From Bacteroidota bacterium (GTDB lineage Bacteria > Bacteroidota > Ignavibacteria > UBA10030): a stretch of DNA of 39,196 nt. Below, piece by piece: positions 1 to 9,350 of the stretch. The position numbers and the translations under genes were made by a program. How positions within the stretch are numbered: the stretch's first letter is position 1; every line of letters begins with the position of its first letter. The notes under the pieces were generated by a model. That model searched no databases and was not told the origin of the DNA. It saw nothing but the letters and a program-made list of their open reading frames with translations. The stretch is taken from the NCBI GenBank assembly GCA_035541775.1, contig DATKMP010000120.1, forward strand, positions 1-39,196, read 5' to 3'.

Positions 1-2
1 GT

Positions 3-1013
3 GTGGTGCTCGGTGTTCGGAAATTAAAAATTCTCTCCTTCGGTCCGCGCCCATTCGATTTTCTCGCATGCAATGCACCGATCAAACCGTTGTATGATCT
101 TGGCGTTGAGATTATGGAAAACAGCGAACTCGATTTATATGATATCGTTCAAGCCGAAAAAAATAATCCGGAAGTGAAACGGATTGCAAAAGAAATGGCG
201 GCAGAACTTGGAAAAGGGAATACCTATCCTGATTTGTTGGAAAAACTTGCGCAGTACGAATATGCCTTAGAAAAATTTATGAATGCCAATCTTGGTGCAT
301 CGAGCTATGCAGCGTTTGCGAACAAGTGCTGGCCTGCGTTCGAAAAATATTTCGGCCATGTGCCGTGCTATCTTAATTCGCGTTTGGCAGCGCGCGGAAT
401 TCCGGTGGCATGCGAAACCGATATTTATGGTGCGTTAAGCGAATATATGGTCATCTGTGCGACAGAATTGCCCCCGACGATTTTAGATATCAACAATACT
501 GTTCCGAAAGACATGTATAAAGAGAACAAGAAAGCGATCGGCCATTACGATCTCACTGATCTGTGGATGGGATTCCATTGCGGCAACACGTCTTCAGCGT
601 GCCTGGTGCAGCCGATGATGCAGTACCAGCTGATCATGCATCGGCTGCAGGAACCCAACCAGAAGCCGAACGTCACGCGCGGAACCCTGGAAGGGCAGAT
701 CAAACCCGGGCCGATCTCGATCTTTCGCGCCCAGTCTACGGCAGATGCAAAGATACGGGCGTATGTCGCGAATGGCGAAGTGTTGAAAGTGAATCCGAAA
801 TCGTTCGGTTCCATCGGTGTGTTTGCCATCAACGAGATGGGAAGATTCTATCGCCATGTGCTGATTGAGAAGCGGTTCCCGCATCATACAGCGATTGCGT
901 TTAAGCATGCAGCGAAAACGTTGTTTGCGGCAAGCAAAATGCTCGGGATCGAAGACGTGTTCTTCAATCAGCCGGAAGGCATGATGTATCCGACGGAAAA
1001 TCCGTTTGAATAA
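3..1013 (+). CDS. Sugar isomerase of the L-fucose/L-arabinose isomerase superfamily (COG2407-like). C-terminal 336 aa only; the 5' end lies outside the window
   Basis: The ORF is open at the left edge and ends at TAA 1011-1013. Overall resemblance to FucI-like C-terminal domains (e.g. DLWMGFHCGNTSS, HHTAIAFKH). It sits at the head of a sugar-utilisation locus. Family call from memory only. Confidence 0.55.
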   Translation: MVLGVRKLKILSFGPRPFDFLACNAPIKPLYDLGVEIMENSELDLYDIVQAEKNNPEVKRIAKEMAAELGKGNTYPDLLEKLAQYEYALEKFMNANLGASSYAAFANKCWPAFEKYFGHVPCYLNSRLAARGIPVACETDIYGALSEYMVICATELPPTILDINNTVPKDMYKENKKAIGHYDLTDLWMGFHCGNTSSACLVQPMMQYQLIMHRLQEPNQKPNVTRGTLEGQIKPGPISIFRAQSTADAKIRAYVANGEVLKVNPKSFGSIGVFAINEMGRFYRHVLIEKRFPHHTAIAFKHAAKTLFAASKMLGIEDVFFNQPEGMMYPTENPFE

Positions 1014-1039
1014 ACCGGACTCATCTTTTGCTTTCTTTT

Positions 1040-1070
1040 CCATCGTTCGGATGAACTATCCGAGCGATGG
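1040..1070 (+). terminator. Stem-loop after the isomerase gene with no proper U-tract (weak terminator or RNA-processing/stability element)
   Basis: CCATCGTTCGGAT-gaact-ATCCGAGCGATGG forms a 13-bp stem with one G-U pair. It is followed by AAAACGTATTT rather than a T-run. Confidence 0.3.
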
Positions 1071-1137
1071 AAAACGTATTTGAAACAGCCGTTGTCAACC
1101 AAGAGTAACTTTCGATATTCTCAAGGAGCTTCCACTT

Positions 1138-2412
1138 ATGAAATACGGATCGAGCCTTTTTCGTATCTCTGTTGTATTCTGCGTTCTTACTTCCATGGCA
1201 TTCGCGACGATGCCGGATTCCGCACAGCAATCAAAATCCGCCGGTGCATTTGAAACCGGTGTCTATCAAAATCTGTTTACAGAATGGTTGGGTATTCCGG
1301 AGACACTTGTTCAAGCAAAACTCGATAGCATTTATCATCAATTATTTTTTGGTGATGATAAAACGCAGCGCATTTATTATCCCGTAGGAAACGATATGGC
1401 GTACATCGAAGATGTGCAGTTTCAAGATGTTCGGACGGAAGGAATGTCGTATGGGTTAATGATCGCCGTGCAAATGAATAAGAGGAATGAATTTGACCGG
1501 TTGTGGAAATGGATGAAGATATATATGCAGCATCAAACCGGCCCGCAAAAAACATATTTCGCATGGCAGTGCAAACCCGATGGAACGATTATCGATCAGA
1601 GTACCGCATCGGACGGCGAAGAATGGACGGCGATGGCGCTTTTGTTTGCTTCGGCGCGATGGGGGACAGATACAGGAATGTATAATTATCGGGCTGAAGC
1701 GCAAGCCATTCTTGACAATATGCTGCACAAAGAAACAGCGCCGGAAAACGATGGAAGCGCGACCAATTTATTCAACACCAAAGAACATCAGGTGGTGTTT
1801 GTTCCGAATAAAGACGCATCGGGCTTTACCGATCCATCGTATCATCTTCCGCATTTTTATGAACTCTGGGCGCGCTGGGCAAAACACGATGCACAATTTT
1901 GGCACGATGCTGCGTCGGTAAGCCGGAAGGTTTTTCAACAATCAGCGAACCGTGTAACAGGATTGGCGCCGGATTATTCGCACTTCGACGGAACACCGGC
2001 TTCAACACCGTGGTCGAACGGGACAAAAAATTTTCAATACGATGCGTGGCGTGTTGCAGCAAATGCGGCCATGGATTTTTCTTGGTTTGCCAAAGATACC
2101 GAGGAAGTAACCTTGAGCAATCGCATTCAACAATTTTTTTATTCCGAAGGAATCAAGTCGTACGGCAGCGTGTACACATTAGAAGGAAAAAAACTTGCCA
2201 GCGATCACAGTACAGGATTGGTCGCGATGAATGCCGTTGCGTCGCTTGCATCGACCAATGATCATCGTCAGGCATTCGTTGAAGAATTGTGGAATACGCC
2301 TATACCGGCCGGCAAATATCGGTACTACGACGGCATCTTATATTTTCTTGGAATGCTTGAAGTCAGCGGCCATTTTAGAATTTATGATCCGATGACGCAT
2401 TCTTCGAAATAA
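1138..2412 (+). CDS. GH8 glycoside hydrolase, reducing-end xylose-releasing exo-oligoxylanase (Rex)-like, with signal peptide
   Basis: AAGGAG RBS 9 nt upstream of the ATG. N-terminal signal (VVFCVLTSMAFA/T). Near-match to the GH8 signature in ASDGEEWTAMALLFASARW. EGMSYGLMIAV motif. Confidence 0.85.
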   Translation: MKYGSSLFRISVVFCVLTSMAFATMPDSAQQSKSAGAFETGVYQNLFTEWLGIPETLVQAKLDSIYHQLFFGDDKTQRIYYPVGNDMAYIEDVQFQDVRTEGMSYGLMIAVQMNKRNEFDRLWKWMKIYMQHQTGPQKTYFAWQCKPDGTIIDQSTASDGEEWTAMALLFASARWGTDTGMYNYRAEAQAILDNMLHKETAPENDGSATNLFNTKEHQVVFVPNKDASGFTDPSYHLPHFYELWARWAKHDAQFWHDAASVSRKVFQQSANRVTGLAPDYSHFDGTPASTPWSNGTKNFQYDAWRVAANAAMDFSWFAKDTEEVTLSNRIQQFFYSEGIKSYGSVYTLEGKKLASDHSTGLVAMNAVASLASTNDHRQAFVEELWNTPIPAGKYRYYDGILYFLGMLEVSGHFRIYDPMTHSSK

Positions 2413-2432
2413 AAATTTATCGAAAATTTTCA

Positions 2433-5327
2433 ATGAGGTGTTTCATGCCTTTTATCCATCATCGTCTTTTATCCTTTTTATCGATTATCTTGATCTGGAC
2501 GGCATCGCAATCTGTATTTGCCGTTGACCGGACATCGATGATCGCGACAGAAAAAATTTCCGGCGGCTTTGCGCTTTCAGCATCGGGCAAATCGGCGCCG
2601 CTGTGTTTTAGTTCGCAAGATTATCCCGGCGTTGTTCGCGTTGTGAAACAACTGCAAGACGATATCGACAGTGTGACGAATGCACGGCCGATGGTGTGCG
2701 CCGATGTCCTTCCCGCTTCCGATGAAATTGTATTGATCGGAACGGCCGGAAAAAATCCTTTCATCAATAAACTTGTTGAAGAAAAAAAAATCAATCTGGA
2801 TGATGTCAACGGGCGATGGGAAAAATTTATTATTCAAACGGTCGATCATCCGTTCCCCAATATTGCACGGGCACTGGTCATTGTTGGCAGCGACAAACGC
2901 GGAACCATTTATGGAATGTATGAGCTGTCTGAAAAAATCGGCGTATCGCCATGGATCTGGTGGGCAGATGTGCCCGTAAAAAAATCCGCAAGTTTGTTTG
3001 TGCAAGCAGGAAGATATACCTTAGGCGAACCGGCTGTAAAGTATCGCGGCATCTTTATCAACGATGAAGCGCCGGCGCTTGCGGGTTGGGCTCATGAAAA
3101 ATTTCATGGATTGAACCATCAGTTCTATACCAAAGTGTTTGATCTTATTTTGCGATTAAAAGGAAACTATCTCTGGCCAGCGATGTGGGGCAATGCGTTC
3201 AACGACGATGATACGCTGAATCCGCGACTTGCCGATGAGTACGGCATTGTGATGGGAACTTCGCATCACGAACCGATGCTGCGGGCGCAGCAAGAATGGA
3301 AGCGCTACGGCTCAGGTGCGTGGGACTATCAAACAAACGAATCGACCTTAAAAGCATTCTGGAAAAAAGGCATTCAAAACATGGGAAATCACGAAAGCAT
3401 TGTCACCATCGGCATGCGCGGCGACGGTGATATGCCGATGAGTGAAACAGCGAATATTTCCCTTCTCGAAAAAATCGTGGACGACCAGCGAAAAATTCTT
3501 AGCGAAGTTACCGGCAAAGATGTTACAACGATTCCGCAACTGTGGGCGCTGTATAAAGAGGTGCAGGAATATTACGATAAAGGCATGCGTGTTCCCGACG
3601 ATGTAACGCTGTTATTGTGTGATGACAATTGGGGAAATCTTCGCAAGCTTCCCTTGTTCCATGAGAAACCTCGGAGCGGCGGGTACGGCATTTACTATCA
3701 CTTTGATTATGTCGGCGGTCCGCGAAATTATAAATGGCTCAACACCAATCAGATTGAGCGCACGTGGGAACAAATGCATCTTGCATACTCGTACGGCGTC
3801 AAGCAAGTCTGGATTGTGAATGTCGGCGATATCAAGCCGATGGAATTTCCGATTTCATTTTTTTTAGATTATGCATGGAATCCCGATCAATGGAATGCAG
3901 GCCAATTGCAAGAATACACAACGCTTTGGGCAGAGCAGCAATTCGGACCGGATCATGCAAAAGATATTGCCGAGATTCTTACTCAGTACACAAAGTTCAA
4001 TGCGCGCCGCAAACCGGAATTGCTTGGTCCCGATACGTACAGTTTAACGAACTATCGCGAAGCAGAAACGGTCGTTGCAGAATACAAGGCGCTTGCAACA
4101 AAAGCGCAGCGCCTTGCTGATGAATTACCCGTAGAAGATCGAGATGCATATTTTCAATTAGTGCTGCATCCGGTTCTTGCATGTTCCAATCTCAACGAGC
4201 TTTGGGTGACGGTCGGCAAAAATCATCTCTATGCAAAACAGGGGCGGGCAGCAACGAACGACCTCGCAGAGGAAGCAAGAAACTTCTTTGAACGTGACAG
4301 TCTCATTTCGTACACGTACAATCATGTAATTGCAAATGGAAAATGGAATCACATGATGGATCAAACGCACATCAGTTACACCTATTGGCAGCAGCCGGAA
4401 CAAGATGTACTGCCTGCGGTTCAACGATTAACACTTCCGCATGTTGCTGAAATGGGTGTTGCCATTGAAGGATCTTCTTCGTGGTGGCCTGATGAAAAAA
4501 AACCTGCGGAGCTGCCGGAGTTCGACAAGTACCATCATCAGTCATATTATATCGATGTGTTCAATCGCGGCAGCGTACCGTTCACTTATTCCGTCCAAGT
4601 TGAAAAGCCATGGATGGTGATTGATTCTGCGAACGGAACAATCGAAACAGAACGCCGGTTGCAAGTTGCCATTGCCTGGGATAAAGTTCCTGCTGGAGAA
4701 CATCGCGCTGCGATGACGATCAAAAGTTCCGATGGTAAACAGGTAATGGTGAACGCGTTCGTGAGCAATCCTGCTGTACCAAAACCTGAAAATCTTAACG
4801 GCTTTGTGGAAAGCAATGGATATGTTTCGGTGGAAGCAGAACATTATACTTCTGCAATAGCAACTCCGCCCATGGTGTGGCAAGACATTCCGAACTTAAG
4901 CCGAACACGTTCCGGTATGACCATACTTCCGGTGACGGCCTCTGCGCAAACTCCTGGCGGCGACAGTCCGCATCTCGAATATTCAATGTATTTGTTTCAT
5001 GGCGACTCGGTGCAGGTCGATGCCTATTGCTGCCCGACGTTGAACTTTCATGGCGGCGAAGGATTGCGTTATGCAATTTCGATAGACGATGAACAGCCGC
5101 AAATCGTTGCGCTTCACACGAATAGCAATGAAGGTGTGTGGAACAAATCGGTTGCCAATAATATCGTCATCGCCAAATCGAAACATAAAATAACTCACGC
5201 AGGATTTCATGTTTTGAAATTCTGGACAGTCGATCCGGCTGTGGTTTTGCAAAAGATTGTTGTTGAAACTGGCGATGTGAAGCCGAGTTATTTGGGTCCG
5301 CCGGAAAGTTTTCGATTCATCAAATAG
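2433..5327 (+). CDS. GH115 xylan alpha-1,2-(4-O-methyl)glucuronidase, secreted/periplasmic
   Basis: 964 aa with a signal peptide (LSIILIWTASQSVFA). GH115-typical blocks: YRGIFINDEAPALAGWAHEKF, NYLWPAMWGNAF, MGTSHHEPMLRAQQEW, YGIYYHFDYVGGPRNYKW. The start may instead be the ATG at 2445, which follows GAGGTG. Confidence 0.9.
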   Translation: MRCFMPFIHHRLLSFLSIILIWTASQSVFAVDRTSMIATEKISGGFALSASGKSAPLCFSSQDYPGVVRVVKQLQDDIDSVTNARPMVCADVLPASDEIVLIGTAGKNPFINKLVEEKKINLDDVNGRWEKFIIQTVDHPFPNIARALVIVGSDKRGTIYGMYELSEKIGVSPWIWWADVPVKKSASLFVQAGRYTLGEPAVKYRGIFINDEAPALAGWAHEKFHGLNHQFYTKVFDLILRLKGNYLWPAMWGNAFNDDDTLNPRLADEYGIVMGTSHHEPMLRAQQEWKRYGSGAWDYQTNESTLKAFWKKGIQNMGNHESIVTIGMRGDGDMPMSETANISLLEKIVDDQRKILSEVTGKDVTTIPQLWALYKEVQEYYDKGMRVPDDVTLLLCDDNWGNLRKLPLFHEKPRSGGYGIYYHFDYVGGPRNYKWLNTNQIERTWEQMHLAYSYGVKQVWIVNVGDIKPMEFPISFFLDYAWNPDQWNAGQLQEYTTLWAEQQFGPDHAKDIAEILTQYTKFNARRKPELLGPDTYSLTNYREAETVVAEYKALATKAQRLADELPVEDRDAYFQLVLHPVLACSNLNELWVTVGKNHLYAKQGRAATNDLAEEARNFFERDSLISYTYNHVIANGKWNHMMDQTHISYTYWQQPEQDVLPAVQRLTLPHVAEMGVAIEGSSSWWPDEKKPAELPEFDKYHHQSYYIDVFNRGSVPFTYSVQVEKPWMVIDSANGTIETERRLQVAIAWDKVPAGEHRAAMTIKSSDGKQVMVNAFVSNPAVPKPENLNGFVESNGYVSVEAEHYTSAIATPPMVWQDIPNLSRTRSGMTILPVTASAQTPGGDSPHLEYSMYLFHGDSVQVDAYCCPTLNFHGGEGLRYAISIDDEQPQIVALHTNSNEGVWNKSVANNIVIAKSKHKITHAGFHVLKFWTVDPAVVLQKIVVETGDVKPSYLGPPESFRFIK

Positions 5328-5345
5328 TAGAGGAAGTTGATCGTT

Positions 5346-7295
5346 ATGAAAAAACATTACTGGTATCTTCTTTGTGCTTTCGTTCTTTGCACGATTGCCT
5401 ATAGCGGCGAAAGAGAAAGTCGTATCACAAGTCCTGATGGAAATCTTTCGATCGATGTAAATCTTGCGGCCGAAGGTATTCCCACATACGATGTGTTTTT
5501 TCAAAATGTTCCCGTCATAGAAAATAATCGGCTGGGAGTAAAAAGAACCGATTCGGATTTTTCTCGCGGCCTTCGCCTGCTTTCGCGTTCGTCTGTCGAA
5601 ACGGTGCATGATGATTACACGCTTCTCTACGGAAAGAAACTTCATTGTCAATATCATGCCAATAAAAAAATATTTCATTTTTTGAATTCAGAAAATCAAA
5701 AACTCGATATCATCTTTCAGATATCGAACGACGGGATTGCATTCCGATATTATTTTCCAGATACATCGCGTGCTGTAAAGAACATTATAAAAGAAGAAAC
5801 GCAATTTTCATTTGATGATTCAACGCTTGCATGGATTCAGCCCATCGATGCAGCGAAAACAGGATGGTGCGGTTCAAATCCATCGTACGAAGAATATTAT
5901 TATCGCGGTGTGAATATAAAAAATTTGCCGAAGCATGAACCCGGCTGGGTATTTCCTGCTTTGTTCAAAGCCGGAAAATACTGGATTGCATTTTCGGAAT
6001 CGGCGCCGGATAGAAATTATTGCGGCTGCCGGTTGATGCACGACAGTGCAACGACGATGTTTCGTATCGGTTTTCCGCAAGAAGGAGAAGTTCTTCCCGG
6101 AGGCGCATTGAATCCTGAATCGAAAACGCCATGGGCAACACCGTGGAGAATTCTTGTCGTCGGCCACAATCTCGGAACGCTGATCGAATCTGCGCTGGGA
6201 ACCGATGTAGCAAAACCGTCGGTGTTGACAGCGGCAAAGTTTGTTAAACCGGGACGTTCGTCCTGGAGCTGGGTGTTGTTGAAAGATGATTCCACAATTT
6301 ATCCGGTGCAAAAACGGTTCATCGATTATGCGGCAGAGATGGGCTGGGAATATTGTCTCATCGATGCCGGATGGGATACGCAGATCGGTTATGAAAAAAT
6401 CGGCGAGCTTTGTATGTACGCCGCTTCGCGCAAGGGCGGTATTTTTTTGTGGTACAATTCTGCCGGCTCGTGGAATACGACGCCGTTAACTCCGCGCAAT
6501 AAATTATTGACGCACGAACTTCGCATGGAAGAATTTTCGAAGATTCAAAAACTTGGCGTCAAAGGAATCAAAGTAGATTTCTTCGGCGGCGACGGGCAGT
6601 CGATGATGTCGTACTATCAGGATATTTTGCAAGATGCTGCTCAGTTTGGGTTGATGGTAAATTGTCACGGAGCAAGTCTACCGCGAGGATTGGAACGAAC
6701 GTATCCCAATTTAGTTTCGATGGAAGCCATTAAAGGATTCGAATATTTGACATTTGATCAAAGCAATACAGATCAGGAAGCGAGCCATTGCGCAACGATT
6801 CCGTTCACACGAAATTTATTCGATCCCATGGATTTTACGCCTGTGTGTTTTAGTGAAATTCCCGGCAAACAGCGGCGAACAACGAACAGTTTTGAGTTGG
6901 CGTTGTCGGTGATATTTCTTTCCGGTGTTCAGCACTATGCAGAAATTCCGGAAGGCATGGCAGCAGTACCGGGTGAAGTACGACAGATGATGAAAGATAT
7001 TCCCGTTGCGTGGGATGAAACGAAATTTATCGACGGTTATCCGGGAGAGTATGTAGTTTTAGCACGAAGAAGTGGAAACGATTGGTACGTTGCCGGCATC
7101 AATGGCGAAGCAGCCGAAAAGCGGTTGACATTCCATCTGGATTTTTTACAAAATGCCATCGGCAGTGTCTTGATAACGTGCGGTGAAACCCCGAGAACAT
7201 TTCAGATTGTAAAAAATGTTGTCGATGTTACACAGCCACTCACGCTCACCCTGAAGCCCGACGATGGTTTTGTACTGCACCTTACTGCAAAATAG
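5346..7295 (+). CDS. GH97 glycoside hydrolase (alpha-glucosidase/alpha-galactosidase family), with signal peptide
   Basis: GH97-like N-terminus (SPDGNLSIDVNL..GIPTYDVFF..VIENNRLGV) and catalytic-barrel block GIKVDFFGGDGQSMMSYYQDIL..MVNCHGASLPRGLERTYPNLVSMEAIKGFE. I moved the start from the track's TTG at 5337 to the ATG at 5346, which lies 9 nt after GAGGAAG. Confidence 0.88.
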   Translation: MKKHYWYLLCAFVLCTIAYSGERESRITSPDGNLSIDVNLAAEGIPTYDVFFQNVPVIENNRLGVKRTDSDFSRGLRLLSRSSVETVHDDYTLLYGKKLHCQYHANKKIFHFLNSENQKLDIIFQISNDGIAFRYYFPDTSRAVKNIIKEETQFSFDDSTLAWIQPIDAAKTGWCGSNPSYEEYYYRGVNIKNLPKHEPGWVFPALFKAGKYWIAFSESAPDRNYCGCRLMHDSATTMFRIGFPQEGEVLPGGALNPESKTPWATPWRILVVGHNLGTLIESALGTDVAKPSVLTAAKFVKPGRSSWSWVLLKDDSTIYPVQKRFIDYAAEMGWEYCLIDAGWDTQIGYEKIGELCMYAASRKGGIFLWYNSAGSWNTTPLTPRNKLLTHELRMEEFSKIQKLGVKGIKVDFFGGDGQSMMSYYQDILQDAAQFGLMVNCHGASLPRGLERTYPNLVSMEAIKGFEYLTFDQSNTDQEASHCATIPFTRNLFDPMDFTPVCFSEIPGKQRRTTNSFELALSVIFLSGVQHYAEIPEGMAAVPGEVRQMMKDIPVAWDETKFIDGYPGEYVVLARRSGNDWYVAGINGEAAEKRLTFHLDFLQNAIGSVLITCGETPRTFQIVKNVVDVTQPLTLTLKPDDGFVLHLTAK

Positions 7296-7325
7296 AATTC
7301 TAACATTTTTTGAAAGAAAAATTAC

Positions 7326-9026
7326 ATGAAAAAATATTTCCTGGTATTGTTGATGGGCATGCTTTCTTCTTCTATATTCTCGCAGAACAAAGAATTCACG
7401 AATCCAATTTTAGCCGGCTTTTATCCCGATCCGAGCGTTTGTAAAGTCGGCGATGATTATTATTTGGTGAATTCGACCTTCGCGTATTTTCCCGGCATTC
7501 CGGTTTTTCACAGCAAGGATTTGGTGCACTGGAAATTAATCGGGCATGTTTTGGATCGTCCGGAGCAGTTGAATCTTGATGGCGCAGGAGTTTCGCGCGG
7601 ATTATTTGCACCGACCATTCGCTCGCATCATGGAATATTTTATGTAACCTGTACATTGGTTGATAAAGGCGGCAATTTTGTCGTCACCGCAACAAATCCG
7701 GCAGGGCCGTGGTCGAATCCCGTTTGGCTTACGAATGTGAATGGCATCGATCCATCGTTGGTGTTCGATGAAAACGGAAAATCGTATCTCATCTATAATA
7801 GTGATGCGCCAGAAAACAAACCGCTGTATCAAGGACATCGAACCATCCGAATGCGTGAATTTGATTGTGATAGTCTCAAAACAAAGAAAGAAGAAATCAT
7901 TTTAGTGAACGGCGGAGTCGATATTACAAAAAAACCGGTCTGGATTGAAGGCCCGCATATATTCTATAAAGACGGGTTCTATTACCTCTGTGCGGCCGAA
8001 GGAGGAACATCGGAAAACCATTCGCAAGTAATTTTCCGGAGCACAAAGGTCGAAGGTCCGTATCAACCGTACGAACACAATCCCATTTTAACACAAAGAG
8101 ATTTAGACCCACACCGGAAGAATCCGATTACGTCAACGGGGCATGCGGATTTGACTCAAGCACCCAATGGAGAATGGTGGGCAGTATTTTTGGGCTGTCG
8201 TCCGTATGACACAACCGAAGCACTTTTATACAACACCGGACGCGAAACATTTTTAGCTCCAGTGAAATGGGAAAATGCTTGGCCGACAATCAATCCCGGA
8301 AAAACAGAAGTGCAATATTTTTATCCGAGTCCAGCGCCGGAGTCAGAACCGTTCACAGGAAAGCAGTACAGCGGAAACTTTACACTTCGCGACGACTTTA
8401 CTTCCGACACATTAGATCCCGACTGGATGTTTTTACGAACGCCGCGTGGCAAGTGGTACGATTTGAAAAAGAGAAACGGTTTCCTTGCACTGCAAGTGCG
8501 TCCGGAAGATTGTGCCGGTGCATCTAATCCGACATTTCTCGGACATCGTCAGCAGCATTTGCAAGGTGCAGCAAGCATGGCGATGGAATTCGACCCAACT
8601 GCAGAAAACGAAAAAGCCGGCCTTCTGATTTTTCAAAATGAAACACATTTCTATCTTTTATGTAAATCGATAGAAGGCAACAAGGCTGTCGTTCAATTGT
8701 ATCAATCGGCGCGCGAAGAAAATTCCCCTCAAAAAATAAAATTGATCGCTTCACAAAAAATTCCGGCAGCAGACAACAATGCAAAAATAATTTTGAAGAT
8801 CGAAGCCAAAAGAGATCGCTATGCATTTGCGTTTGGATTCCAACCCCATCAGTGGACAATTTTGAAAGACGATGTGGACGGAACATTTTTAAGCACGCGA
8901 ACGGCCGGAGGATTCGTCGGTTGTATGTATGCGATGTATGCAACATCGCTCGGCAAGCCCAGCAGCAATACGGCATACATCGATTGGTTTGAATACCAAG
9001 GAAACGACGAAGTGTATAACAAGTAA
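7326..9026 (+). CDS. GH43 beta-xylosidase/alpha-L-arabinofuranosidase with C-terminal beta-sandwich (GH43_C2-like) domain, with signal peptide
   Basis: NPILAGFYPDPSVCKVGDDYYLVNSTFAYFPGIPVFHSKDLVHWKLIGHVL is a canonical GH43 N-terminus. WIEGPHIFYKDGFYYL block. About 200-aa C-terminal domain. Signal peptide MGMLSSSIFSQ. Confidence 0.9.
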   Translation: MKKYFLVLLMGMLSSSIFSQNKEFTNPILAGFYPDPSVCKVGDDYYLVNSTFAYFPGIPVFHSKDLVHWKLIGHVLDRPEQLNLDGAGVSRGLFAPTIRSHHGIFYVTCTLVDKGGNFVVTATNPAGPWSNPVWLTNVNGIDPSLVFDENGKSYLIYNSDAPENKPLYQGHRTIRMREFDCDSLKTKKEEIILVNGGVDITKKPVWIEGPHIFYKDGFYYLCAAEGGTSENHSQVIFRSTKVEGPYQPYEHNPILTQRDLDPHRKNPITSTGHADLTQAPNGEWWAVFLGCRPYDTTEALLYNTGRETFLAPVKWENAWPTINPGKTEVQYFYPSPAPESEPFTGKQYSGNFTLRDDFTSDTLDPDWMFLRTPRGKWYDLKKRNGFLALQVRPEDCAGASNPTFLGHRQQHLQGAASMAMEFDPTAENEKAGLLIFQNETHFYLLCKSIEGNKAVVQLYQSAREENSPQKIKLIASQKIPAADNNAKIILKIEAKRDRYAFAFGFQPHQWTILKDDVDGTFLSTRTAGGFVGCMYAMYATSLGKPSSNTAYIDWFEYQGNDEVYNK

Positions 9027-9228
9027 AACAAAAGCGCTCATTGAAAATTATGAACTTGCCGGTACGAAAAAAATTGACTTTTGTTCAAAGCATCCAGAAC
9101 GGAAGGAGGGATCCAGTATAAATTTTTTTCATTTCGCGTTTGTTATTGTTGGGTTCAATATCCTGACGCTTGCGGCGGGGAACTTCATTTCGGAATGTTG
9201 ACGTCAATATCGATTTGGAACAAATTAA

Positions 9229-9293
9229 TTTTTGACTTGCTTTTATAGACCTTACATATTATTTTACTAAATCGGTTCAATTGCTGTTGAACC
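9229..9293 (+). promoter_or_regulatory. Conserved promoter/operator block, copy 1. -35 TTGACT (9232-9237), A/T-rich -10 candidates CATATT/TATTAT (9255-9262), inverted repeat GGTTCAA-N6-TTGAACC (9274-9293)
   Basis: About 57 nt upstream of the GH3 start. 57 of 63 aligned positions are identical to 15472-15534, with one 2-nt indel. The 7-bp inverted repeat is perfect and lies just downstream of the putative -10. Confidence 0.6.
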
Positions 9294-9350
9294 CGTTTTA
9301 TAAATTGAATTTAGAACCTGAGAATAATAAAATTAAAGAGGAGATAAGCA

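Noticed and set aside
1092-1121. A sigma70-like TTGTCA-16/17-GATATT/ATATTC promoter in front of GH8.
   Set aside because: The predicted transcription start would fall inside the AAGGAG RBS (1123-1128). It is therefore unlikely to be the functional promoter, and the GH8 operon may be read through from upstream.
2782-2790. An A9 homopolymer inside GH115 and an A8 run near 4495, considered as possible phase-variation slip sites.
   Set aside because: They simply encode Lys-rich stretches (EEKKIN / DEKKP) in an AT-leaning genome. There is no evidence of frame disruption or of an alternative downstream frame.
4983-5678. A 231-aa minus-strand ORF spanning the GH115/GH97 junction. Similar long antisense ORFs occur at 32631-33308 (225 aa), 24978-25595 (205 aa), 17353-17961 (202 aa), 13155-13619, 8524-8976 and 594-1043, and there is a series at 37103-38857.
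   Set aside because: All lie antisense to strongly supported + strand genes. They have low-complexity or Arg/Cys/His-rich compositions, no RBS and no recognisable family features. They are typical shadow ORFs.
8929-9201. A 90-aa + strand ORF overlapping the GH43 3' end and running into the intergenic region.
   Set aside because: It is out of frame with the GH43 gene and overlaps it. It has no RBS and no family resemblance.
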